A stretch of DNA of 63,860 nt, counting the filler, from Lenisia limosa (Eukaryota; Protista; Breviatea), in assembly GCA_001655205.1 (NCBI GenBank). It is 16 parts of 16 records of this genome, joined end to end, with 100 filler letters (N's around TTAATTAATTAA, not from the genome) between each part and the next. Parts side by side here need not be neighbours in the genome. Positions count along the whole stretch, not along the records: positions 35,067 to 48,857 come from LPNZ01004856.1; positions 48,958 to 52,819 come from LPNZ01010340.1; 14 more parts are not named here. One strand, written 5' to 3'. The translations under genes were made by a program, and so were the position numbers. Shown in pieces: positions 37,396 through 49,065 of the stretch (positions are counted from its first letter, which is position 1; every line of letters starts with the position of its first letter). The notes beneath the pieces are model-generated. The model was not told the DNA's origin. It did no database searches and saw only the letters and a list, made by a program, of their open reading frames with translations.

Positions 37396-38162
37396 CAGAT
37401 CTTCATATTGCTTGTCAGGTCTTCATCCGTATAAATTCTTAGGAGCTGGAATGTCAGAGAAGAAGCACAAGCACCACAGGTGCAGAGAGTATTAATTATC
37501 CATGCTACAGTATCCTAAGATGTTATACAACGGCTTCAGATTCGCTCCAATTAAAAGATCATTAGATTGTTAGAGTGTTAGAAATCTTGAGAAAGCAGGA
37601 TGGTAGCTGAGGCATATGATGGATGGGATTACAACATCAACATGTATACGTACGTACACATGTACACAAATGAGATATGCAACAACATATGAAAAAGAAA
37701 GCGAGTTCCCGAAATATCCCCGGGGCCCTTCAGCCCGGCCCCGGGGTATTTCACGGAAAAGCGAACAAATGGGAGGTACTGGAATACTTCTTCTTCTTTC
37801 TCTTTGAAATGCCACACCGCAAATAAATAATAAACAAAAAATTGCTGGAGAGGGTGAAAGAGGCAGGCAGCTGGGGGCAGGGGGCATGAAGCAACAGACC
37901 AACTGTCCCGGGGTTTTCATCCCGAAAAATTCGGGACGGTACTTTACGCGAATATAAACTCCCGGCGGCATGGAGTCCCCTCTTCTTCAACAAAAAACAG
38001 TCGAAAAAGAGCAACTTTGTCTGCTGTGAACCTCAGTTGGTTCAGAGCTTTTTCCCTTTTCCTTTTTTTCTGCTGTTTCTGCGTAAATACTGTAATAATA
38101 TTGTGTGCTGCATTCCTCCATCACACAGCAAAGATAGTGTGTGTAGGAAAAATTCTTCGAAA

Positions 38163-41100
38163 ATGAGAGGCACAGCCCTTGCCCTGCTGCTCCTCCTGTG
38201 GCACTACACTTGCTCACAGGAAAATGTCCCGATTAAGTGGGTCGGGCAATCTTTGGGTGGTTAATCAAAAGTCCCACTGCTGTCGATCTTTTATACTAGT
38301 CCGTGAGAAGTACAAAATAGTTTAGCCTTGGAGGTATCTAAACGTATTGGCAATGAGCAAGTCAATTATCTCAACCAGTTGAACTTCCTCAATTGCCTTA
38401 ACAAAAGGGAGTTGAGTGCCAATTCAAACTTACCTTTCTTGATTACTCAAGTTTAATACATCTAGGTTCTCAACCGAAGGAGTGAGTTTTTCCCTTGCCC
38501 CTGCCGTGAAAGACAGTGATGCAATCAGGAAGGTGAGAAGAATGACAGCATTCAAATATCAAATTTCTTTTCCTGTAAATTTTTAAAATCTTGGTTTTTG
38601 GTTGTACTATTCAGGTGCTTTACTTTTGTTCCATTCACCCTTGCTCCGCTTACACTTTCAGGATACCTTCGACTATGCTATGCAAAGTGAGCTGTGCTAT
38701 TGTCTCTCCTCAAAGACTCTAAATATTCCCTTTTCAACATGCCCACACTTTTGCGAATCTCTCGGATTAAACTCGAAAAGGGGTCTCAATATCCTAGTTA
38801 ATTTGTGTTTATTGTTTTGCTTGGTTTTTGTTTTTTGTTTGTTTGGATTTTCAGATTATTCGGTTCTTGATTAGTTTCGCCATTATTCTTCATCAAAATT
38901 CCATTCATTTTACAATGGGATGCGGTGCTGCAGAAACGACTGGCCTGGGCTTTNNNNNNNNNNNNNNNNNNNNNNNNNNNNNNNNNNNNNNNNNNNNNNN
39001 NNNNNNNNNNNNNNNNNNNNNNNNNNNNNNNNNNNNNNNNNNNNNNNNNNNNNNNNNNNNNNNNNNNNNNNNNNNNNNNNNNNNNNNNNNNNNNNNNNNN
39101 NNNNNNNNNCCCCTGCTCCAACCGTCTTCATATCTGTATCAAATCGCGCCATCAGTTCGGATGGTGTTGTTGCCGATATTGCTGTGACCGTGGGGGGTGG
39201 ATATCTCTTTGTTTTCCTCTCTCTTTTTCATATTTCTTCAGAATCTTTAATTACTTCTTTGATAAGCATATTCCTTTTTCTAATTACATCCCACCCGCTA
39301 CATATTTTGATGTGTTTGTGAAATCTGGGTTGTTTATGTATCTGCCTTATTTATACCAATTTCCTAAGTTTTACCCACCCCACAGGGTTCCTGTCCCCTG
39401 GGATTCAATTTGGTGGTCCCGAAGACCACTGGCCTGGTGTGTACCTTTGCAAGCGGGTGGAGTAACGGCCCGATCTGTGACCCTGGTAGGAATCCGCGCA
39501 ATTAATGGAGAAATAAGTTTCGAAATTTGAAATGAGACATATTGTATTCGGAGCTATATTTCATTTAATTTCAAAATTGTCCATAGCCCAATCATTTGCC
39601 ACATCTCTGTGCGCTCATCTTTCCGCATGCTTCCCCTATATATCACACACTCTCTAACATCGCAGTCACATGTAACAATGTTTTTGCTGACACGCTTGTT
39701 TCGTCAAATTGCACTTCAGGTTTGATAAGGACTTGAAATATCTTTTTTTGTTTTTGTTTTTTTTTCATAAGCGTAGCATTTTCTGAAAAGAATGTTATTT
39801 AAATTTAGGGAGTTTGTTATGAGTAACACAGTGAAAAGCCCTAAACCGCATCTTTGTTATCCAAGAGTTTTGTTGGCTGTCTTATTTGCATTTCAGGAAC
39901 TTCAGCATACGGGACCGTTTGTGCGTTGTCTTGTTCTGATAGTGGTGCCACAGGAGAAGGTACTCTATGGCTTGCTTTTTATAATCACTTTGATAAGATT
40001 GGATTGTAGAAAACAATAAAACTAAGCGATATGAAGAAATTCCGAGTNNNNNNNNNNNNNNNNNNNNNNNNNNNNNNNNNNNNNNNNNNNNNNNNNNNNN
40101 NNNNNNNNNNNNNNNNNNNNNNNNNNNNNNNNNNNNNNNNNNNNNNNNNNNNNNNNNNNNNNNNNNNNNNNNNNNNNNNNNNNNNNNNNNNNNNNNNNNN
40201 NNNNNNNNNNNNNNNNNNNNNNNNNNNNNNNNNNNNNNNNNNNNNNNNNNNNNNNNNNNNNNNNNNNNNNNNNNNNNNNNNNNNNNNNNNNNNNTTCAGA
40301 TAAACAATGGAATCTTCTTTATATGATGAAAGCGAGGCAAATGATAGGTTAAAACATATATAATTATATCATATCACGCCGAAAGTTGTACACAGAGTTG
40401 TAAGGCAAATAATTGGGTGTGTAGTATTATCAGTATATCATATGCATATACTATAATCCAATATCTCTGATTAGCGTGATGGTGTGGATGGCTTCGGCCA
40501 GATTCAACCTTATTTTTTATTTCTCATTGCTATAATATATGTATAAATATATCATATCATATGTCACACCGATTGCACACCGGATTTTTCATTTCACATT
40601 ATATTGAAAGATGTGAATGGAATTAAAAAATGGTTGGGTGCATTATTAATCAATACACAGCTTCAAAGCAATACTTCTTGTTTATTTCTGTTTTTTTGTT
40701 TGTTTTCAGAAGTCTTCAGGCGGAATATATTTTACTGCAGTAGGCCCTGCTATTGCTACCTGCAACAACGATGGAAATTGGGACTCTACTTTCAGCTGTA
40801 CCGGTATGTGAGAAGACGAACTTTTTCAGGTGTTATATTCTATGATTTAATTTCTCAAACATAATGTACAAATGTATGCATAGAAAATGAGCCACCAGCT
40901 TAGTGTCATTTTAACACATACATGTGCAAAAACGAAAGAAATATTGTGTCTTTTCACTGTTACCCTCAACTCGGCCACATCATATTACTGCATGGAGTGT
41001 TGTACCTAGGGCTTCCCGACGGTTTGAAAAAGACCGTTTAAATATCGATATTTATGGAGGATTTATCGAGAGGTTCAGTCTTTCTGGGACCGTAGGGAAG

Positions 41101-44100
41101 CCTTCTCAAATCGCAAATGTCCTTACCCATTAGCTGGGCTCATCGCATGTCTTACCCCATTAGCTGGGCTCATTGCATGTCTTACCCCATTAGCTGGGCT
41201 CATCGCATGTGGTAACAACGCGGGCTACAACTTAGGAAAGGTAAGTACTCCCTTTTAATGTTGCAATTTTGTCTCGATTTTACTTTTTCATATCACTATT
41301 TGCGTTTTCAATGGTGCAACTGTCTTATCTCTCTTTCATATGACTATTCTTGTTCTAAATCCCCTGATTATGATAACATTTCAAAGGGTTCCACTTCATG
41401 CGGTAGAACTGACTAGTCTGGCTTTTTTTAATAAGATAAATTATCCATTTATCACCCCACCCCTCCAGGCAGGCGACACAACGCCACGCTACGACGGCGC
41501 CACAGTGGACATTTCGTCGGACTGGGGCAGTGGCGTTAAGATCATCCAGGCCGGCGGTGGAGTTAATTGCGTTGCCATGAACGGTAGGGGTCTTGCGATG
41601 CAATTTTCACTCCGGCCCGAAAAAGACCGGTATAATATCGATATTTATCGAGGATTTATCGAGAAATTCGGTCTTTTTCAAACTGAATTGTGCCCTAGTT
41701 TTAATGAATCGTGGTCTTCTTGTAGGGACGGAAGGATTGTGGAGGAGCGTTTCTGTTGTTATACGTGTTGGTGTTTTTTTCTTCGTTTTCCTTTGGTTCT
41801 TTGATTTTAATCTTATTCGTCAGATGGAACCATTAAATGCATGGGTAGCAACGCTAAGAAGCAGGTACGGGGGGGTGACTCCGTTTGTTGGCCTTTCGCT
41901 ACCCCACGGAATTGTAACAAAGCATACACTAATCAATATCAGTCCTAAAATTCTTATCTTCTGGTTCACTGATTAGTTTCTATGCTTTGATACGATTTTA
42001 TTTATATTATACAATTGTGCCTGATGGCTTTTGGAACTGATGGTTTTTGGAACTTTTTTACTTCCATAACCGTATTTAGATTGCCGGAAGCAGTAATGCT
42101 GAGGAGTACTCTGTTTTCTCGTACACCGGACTTCTCGGAAAGAGCATCATCAAAATGCAGTCCACAATTGATTCTTACGCAATTCTCTGTTGGCCAGGTT
42201 TTAGCTTAATCTTCAATCGTCCCTCTTGTATTTGTTTCCTTTGTTTCATCGTTTAATTCTCCTTGGTTGCTTACTTTTGTATCAGTGCCATCTCTTTCTG
42301 TCACAATTTTAACAGCCTTAAAGAAAATGTGCTTTCATACCCATTTTTGCTTCGTTTCTCTGGCTTCCTCTTAAAATTGACATTTGTCAAATAACATATA
42401 AAAACCACTTCAACTCCGCATTCTTTTAACGATTGATCTATCTTAGTGGAGACAGGAGAGGTGTACACCTGGGGAAGCAATGGTATCAAGCAAGCCTTAC
42501 AAAGCTCGTCTTCCGATTTCTCCACCCCTACGCGGGTGAGCTTGGCTCAATTATTATTATGTTTGACTGTGCTGGGGAGGCACACAGAACGCTGTGTGGA
42601 CAGAGTTAGTTGTAAGGAATAGATTGTCTGAATTGCTATTAAGTAGAATCGAATATCTCTTATAAGTAAGGTTTCACTTCGGTTCGAAAAGACCTGTAAA
42701 ATATCGGTAGTTTTGGAGGATTTATCGAGAAATTCAGTCTTTTTTCGAACCGAAGTGAAGCCCTACTTATAAGCGTGATGGTGTGAACGGCTTCGGCTGG
42801 ACACAACCTTTTTATGTCCTATTTCCTTATGCTATACACTCATTGACTGCTGGTGTACCATATATCATTTCAAAAATGAGAAACTTTAAAGCGGTGTTTC
42901 TTTCATCATTTAGTCTACTCATTGGCTCCCCCTAGGTTAATGTTGACGGTAAATTTGCAACTGACGTGACCTGTGGGCCTCATGCAACGGTTATCAAACT
43001 CTGTGAGCAAACACTCCTGGGAGGGGGAGGTATCTGTTCCAATATATATTATATTTTAATGAATTGTTCCATCATCATAATACAGAGGCTATATGGTCCG
43101 AAATAAACTGAAAAATTGAGCTATTTTTGGACTAGGGGAAGCCCTCATCATATCATTATAGTAGAAAATTCCATAAACATACTCCGTTATCCAATATGAA
43201 TTAGAGATGAGAAATTGGCAATATACTATCTGGCCGAAGCCATCCAAACCAATAAGATATGGTTATAGTAAAATAATATTAGTTCACACAATCATTTGCC
43301 TTTGAATTATGTATGTAGTGAACACTTTTTTGGTTTCCTTGCCATATTCAGTACTTCTGCTTGCCATATTTGCTACTTTGCCTGACCATATTTAGCCACT
43401 GGACAGTTCTATGGTAGCGGTTTCTCCACCTATTACACCTTCCGAAACCACGTTTCTACTACAAGTCCTCATTACATTGACGCTTCCGTTCCCGTGGGGA
43501 GGGGGTGGTGGAATAATTATAAAAAAAAACAACTCTGAATTACACGAGAGTTGAAAATCACAAAACACAGTCCAGGCAGTCGCTTCTGCATCACTGCATC
43601 CCACTTCTTCTGCTAGTTGATACTTTCAAAGTGATGATACTACCATATGCAGTTTAGCTGTATCACCTTGATATAGTTCTCATCTCAACATAATCATATA
43701 ATATAATAATCGCATGATACGCCATGATATGATATCTTGAGGAAGGGGTGAGGATTGCGTTTTGGATTCCAGCACTGTTCAAACAGGAAATAGACGAAAG
43801 ATGTTCTATTTAAAAGCCGAAGATCTTTCCACTTAAACTACAAAAGTGTCAAATTTGGCGTTTGCGCGATTTCTGACCATTGATTTAGTCTGGAACCACC
43901 ACCCATTTCTACGCCGACAGTTACGGAGCTATCCTCCTTACAGGTGTGCCTGGGCTATGGACTGGTTGTGCTTATGAATCTGTTTCCTTTTGTGAGATAT
44001 TGTGATCATATGGGGTTTCGGACCCAATCAATCTTATTATATCTGTGAACAATCTATTGTTGAAAAATGAATTTGTAGAAAGGATGATGGTTTTGACAGT

Positions 44101-46212
44101 TCTTTAGCCCAAGGAAGATACTATGTGAGAGCCAAAACTGGCCTTGGACATTTATGCACTTCCACATCAAGCTCTGTCGGCGATCTTCCCGTTGAGGTTT
44201 GCAAATGGGGGCTTATTTCCCCTCTGCTGTTTTTGTTTAATTCTACCCTCTCATGATTTTAGCACTAATGGGTGCTCTCTGGACTCACAATTTATTTATT
44301 TCTCACCCCCGCANNNNNNNNNNNNNNNNNNNNNNNNNNNNNNNNNNNNNNNNNNNNNNNNNNNNNNNNNNNNNNNNNNNNNNNNNNNNNNNNNNNNNNN
44401 NNNNNNNNNNNNNNNNNNNNNNNNNNNNNNNNNNNNNNNNNNNNNNNNNNNNNNNAAAAAAAGAGTGACGCTCTACTTATTATCCAGTGACCGGGATAAG
44501 TTTTGACCGAATTGCTGTGTGATTTCCCAAGGAACAGGTCAAGACTTATCCCGCTCACTGTATATTCACTTGGTAAAAAATGGATCCTTCATTTGAACAT
44601 TTAGGGCAATAGTGTGTCCGGACTTCAAGGAACTGTTGTTTCTGTACAGTGTACCCAGTTTGTCTGTCTTTTAGTGTCAAGTAGGCTGGTTTTTGAGCCT
44701 TTTCCCCAGCTTTATTCACTCTCTCCCCACCCTTATCGATTTTTTTCTTGATGCTTGATACAAAATAAACGCTGTGCCATCTTTCGTGTACATATGCGTA
44801 TGTATGTATGTACATATAGTATATATGTATGTGTGTTGACGGCTTTTAAAAGCTGCGGCCCTTTGGCTGTTTTGTTGTATTTCTCATTTTACCAATATCA
44901 TACACTCCTTACACCATTCACTGTGTCCATATCACCATTTAGATACTGGTAATATTTATGGCTGTTCGCATAACAGCAAGAAGTTCAACGGAATAACCCT
45001 TGGAAGCACCCCGGTATGCTGATCCTATGTTTTTCTTTTTCCTTCCACTCTTTATGTTTTCTTGCTTTTCCTATTCGTGTGTTGGGGAGACACGCAGAAA
45101 GCTGTGTCTAGAGATTGTATCCCTCTCTCACCCCCCCCCCCNNNNNNNNNNNNNNNNNNNNNNNNNNNNNNNNNNNNNNNNNNNNNNNNNNNNNNNNNNN
45201 NNNNNNNNNNNNNNNNNNNNNNNNNNNNNNNNNNNNNNNNNNNNNNNNNNNNNNNNNNNNNNNNNNNNNNNNNNNNNNNNNNNNNNNNNNNNNNNNNNNN
45301 NNNNNNNNNNNNNNNNNNNNNNNNNNNNNNNNNNNNNNNNNNNNNNNNNNNNNNNNNNNNNNNNNNNNNNNNTTCTATAATGAATGAAATATGACCTCAC
45401 TGAATTGATTCTGGGCTTTTATTTTTTGTTTGATCTCCATTTTACTCCACAAGCATGCCCCAAGGTTCTGGGGTTCTCAAGTGGCTTGGCCAGTAGCGTT
45501 TGCAACTCCGGGAGTGTTGATGGAGTAGGGAGTGTGCCTTGTGGTAAACTGTGTTCCTTTTAAACAATGCACAGCCAACACTGTCTGATCGTCATTTCCG
45601 TTTTTTAGTGACATATTGTAACTCATCTTTTGTGTTCGCAATCAGCTTACCACTCACTCCAGCTGACACCTATTGAAAGCCTCCCTGATACGTACAGTCA
45701 AGTCACCTTGGGCAGTTCCCACCTCATTGCTCTTGAGTAACTGTTATGTCCTTTTTTGGGGGGATTATGTACTTTGTATTGACAATTAAACCAGAGTGGA
45801 TTCAATTACGTCTTCTTTTCTTCTAGCAAACAATTTCTCAAAAAAAAATATGCTATATGAAATAATGATATACTGATATACAAAGAGAAACAAGAGAAGG
45901 GACAAAAAAACAGCAATTTTCAACAAGGATGCGATTGCTTTACTTTTACCGAATGCTCTCTTTCACGGATGTGTGGTCTTGCCCCCCCCCCCNNNNNNNN
46001 NNNNNNNNNNNNNNNNNNNNNNNNNNNNNNNNNNNNNNNNNNNNNNNNNNNNNNNNNNNNNNNNNNNNNNNNNNNNNNNNNNNNNNNNNNTAAGCCCCAG
46101 CCCAGAACTCTTCCCTAGTAGATAAAAGACTGATTTCTCAATAAATCCTCGAAAACTGTCGATATTTACCGATCCTTTTCCCTACTCTTCCCACATAGTA
46201 CTGACCAAATTT
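38163..46212 (+). CDS. Secreted or surface protein with Sushi (CCP)-like and RCC1-like repeats (partial)
   Basis: Signal-like MRGTALALLLLLWHYTCS; Sushi-like GTSAYGTVCALSC...GPAIATCNNDGNWDSTFSC; RCC1-like ACGNNAGYNLG, GTIKCMGSNAKKQ, ETGEVYTWGSNG and ATDVTCGPHATVI. Gaps mean two adjacent genes cannot be excluded. Confidence 0.6.
40395..40550 (+). repeat. Dispersed repeat family C
   Basis: cacagagttgtaaggcaaat...agcgtgatggtgtggatggcttcggccagattcaaccttattttttatttctcattgc. Related at 24155, 33325(-), 42580-42815, 43225(-), 46295(-), 48150(-), 49390(-) and 51445(-). Confidence 0.7.
41007..41104. mobile_element. MITE family A, subfamily A2 (TIR gggcttccc.acggt)
   Basis: tagggcttcccgacggt...gggaccgtagggaagcct with the family A core. 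A2-type also at 2596, 51689 and 57157. Confidence 0.82.
42667..42765. mobile_element. MITE family A copy nested in a family C repeat
   Basis: Full TIRs. It interrupts family C between ...gttgtaagg and cttataagcgtgatggtgtg. Confidence 0.88.
44485..44560. mobile_element. MITE family B, reference copy (76 bp)
   Basis: CAGTGACCGGGATAAGTTTTGACC...GGTCAAGACTTATCCCGCTCACTG|TA. Confidence 0.9.
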
Positions 46213-47688
46213 GGACAACTATTTCCACCGGTATTGAAGGAGAAGAAGTAGAGAAAGGAATGATGGGTATTGATTGACCTCGAATCTTAGTATTAATATT
46301 AATTCACTCAATCATTTGCCTAACAACTTTGTGCACACAGCTTTCTGCGTGTATGCGCTTTTTGGAGTTCAAATGCATTATTGAAATGCAAAAAGAATAA
46401 CTAACAGAAGTCTTCTTCATACTCCTCTTCTTCCTCATCTTCCTCCTCCTCTTCTTCTGACAAAAGTTCTTCCTGGCAGGGATTAGGATAAAATACACAG
46501 ACAGCAGTGAGGGGGAGGGGGGGAAGAGAAAAATAAAACACAAAAGACAAAAAAGAAGAAAAAAAAACAGAAAAAAAAACTACAGTACCCTGCCTTCCCG
46601 ACTCGTCTCCGACGTCAGTACTACCAAGGCCTGCTGGGGCTTGCGTTCGCAGAGCGGACGGGATGCGCGATGACCCCCAGAGTATGACCGTAGCCGAAAG
46701 CTAAATCCCCTATTTCATTTCTGATGCAAGTTTTTTCCGAAATATCGAAAATGTCGCCGATATTTTTGTCCGGTGAAACCGTAAAACGGTTTGCACTCCA
46801 AGTGCCCAGATCACCCGCCGCGTCACCACAGAAGTAATCACNNNNNNNNNNNNNNNNNNNNNNNNNNNNNNNNNNNNNNNNNNNNNNNNNNNNNNNNNNN
46901 NNNNNNNNNNNNNNNNNNNNNNNNNNNNNNNNNNNNNNNNNNNNNNNNNNNNNNNNNNNNNNNNNNNNNNNNNNNTGTTTTACTGAATGTTTTTTCGATA
47001 AATACATTTTTTGTCCTTTCAAAAAAAGATCATGACCTTCCATGGCCCCACATGTCCGTCGTTCCGGGCGTACCTCACCTCCCACCACCTCACTAACCTC
47101 ACCCTTTTATTCCAGCCTCACCCATAACCATCCTACCAACTTTCTTTCCCTCATACCTCCACCTATTCGATTTACAACAATTGAATATCATCCCTATTAC
47201 ATTACTATGTGATAGGTGAAACCCAAAAAAACTGTTTGCACTCCAAGTCAGATCTCGCTGCGTCACCACAGAAGTGATCACCATCCCGCCGCCTCGCTCT
47301 AGTCTGTTTACCCGCTGCCCAGACCGCCCACCGCCCCGCTCCAGAAGAGATCACCTTTCCTCCACTCCGTCCCCTTCCACTCCGCCGCCGCTCTCCTATG
47401 TCTCTTTTTTATCTTTGTTTTACTGAATGTTTTTTTGATAAATACATTTTTTGTCCTTTCAAAAAAAAAGTCGCAAAAATAACGAGAATACCATTGGTCC
47501 AAATCAGGGGGGAAATAAACCATTTGTTTTCTTGAAGAGAAGAGAGCTGTGAATAGAAACTCATTGAAGACACCCACATGTACATATCAAATGCATACTG
47601 TATACAGTAATATTGTCTGAGATCTGTGTATTAATCTCGGCTTACACAACCTTGGTTTATTTCCCGTTTCTACATACAACCCCTCTCA

Positions 47689-47782
47689 TTCACTTCGGTT
47701 CGAAAAAAGACTGAATTTCTCGATAAATCCTCGAAAACTAGCGATATTTTAAGGGTCTTTTTCGAACCGAAGTGAAGCTCTA
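47689..47782. mobile_element. MITE family A copy
   Basis: ttcacttcggttcgaaaaaagactg...tttttcgaaccgaagtgaagctcta. Confidence 0.9.
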
Positions 47783-47936
47783 CTCTCAAAAACATTGTTA
47801 TCTCCTCAATCTCCCCAAAATCTCCAACCACCAACCTGAGATCCGGCGTGCTGTGCCAGCATTTCAAGCCGTGCCATTAGTCCGCTGTCCGATCCGAAAG
47901 CCTTGAGTGCAATCCTACACATTTTAGCAAGTTGTA

Positions 47937-48128
47937 CACTGACCGAGATAAGTCCTCGATTTACTAAAATGACACAGTGACCGAGATAAGTCCTCGATTT
48001 ACTAAAATGACACAGTGACCGAGATAAGCTGGCACGATTTACTAAAATGACACAGTGACCGAGATAAGCTGGCACGATTTACTGAAGATAAATCTCAATA
48101 CCCGTGTCAGGACTTATCGCGATCATTG
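47937..48128. repeat. Tandem array of four ~38-40-bp units derived from a family B-like terminus
   Basis: cagtgaccgagataagtcctcgatttactaaaatgaca repeated; the last unit runs into ggacttatcgcgatcattg|ta, the opposite TIR. Confidence 0.85.
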
Positions 48129-49065
48129 TATAATACTAAAAAAAAGGGGGTATCTGGCCTACGTTGTCCACACCATCACGCTTAACAGAGATACTGGATT
48201 AAAGTACACATATGCAGTCACCATAAACAGTTGGATAGAGAGTTTTTTTTTTCACAATAAGGGAAGAGAGCCATTAAATACAGAGTGGTAAGAGCTATTC
48301 TGGCACGATATATTATAGACATATGAAAAAGGGAAGTACAAGGGATAATACACCTACATGCACGTTATTTTACACGGAATAAAGCTAAGGTGATCAGATA
48401 TTTTGAGTGAAAATTTTTCAGGAAAAAAACAGAAATACTATCCAATATCTTTTATTATCTATTCACCAAAAACATTGTCAGCCTGACGTGAGCCAATGAG
48501 GACGAAGCGCCCCCTCACTTTCTCTCCCGTCTGGACCCATTGAAAGGAACCTGGCTGGTTGCCTGGGTTTGGAAACTAAATAGTAAAAACTCTAATTGAA
48601 AAATAAAATAAAAATAAACAGTGCAATGTCTTTTAAATGTGTACTGTCTCAATGTGATAGTTTTGTAGGTCTAGATATTTAAAGATAATAGATAATCTCA
48701 AACAAATACACTTCAATCCTGCCACACTAAGCACATAATATGACCATAATACCCTCATCGTCAATACCCCCTACTTCTTGTGATCATGGTAGCCTGGTGA
48801 ATCATCTACTGCGTCAAGGGGGTATAAATAAAAACAATAGTAGTAGTAGTAGTAGTANNNNNNNNNNNNNNNNNNNNNNNNNNNNNNNNNNNNNNNNNNN
48901 NTTAATTAATTAANNNNNNNNNNNNNNNNNNNNNNNNNNNNNNNNNNNNNNNNNNNNCAAATGTGGGGGTAGGCAACAATACATTTTTAATCATATAATA
49001 TGGATCCCTGGGCTACATAAATACAGTTATGATAATATAATAACCCTCCAGTACCAAAAGTTACC

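Noticed and set aside
47937-48128. CRISPR-like array
   Set aside because: Units are contiguous with no unique spacers, derive from a MITE end, and the context is eukaryotic with no cas genes.
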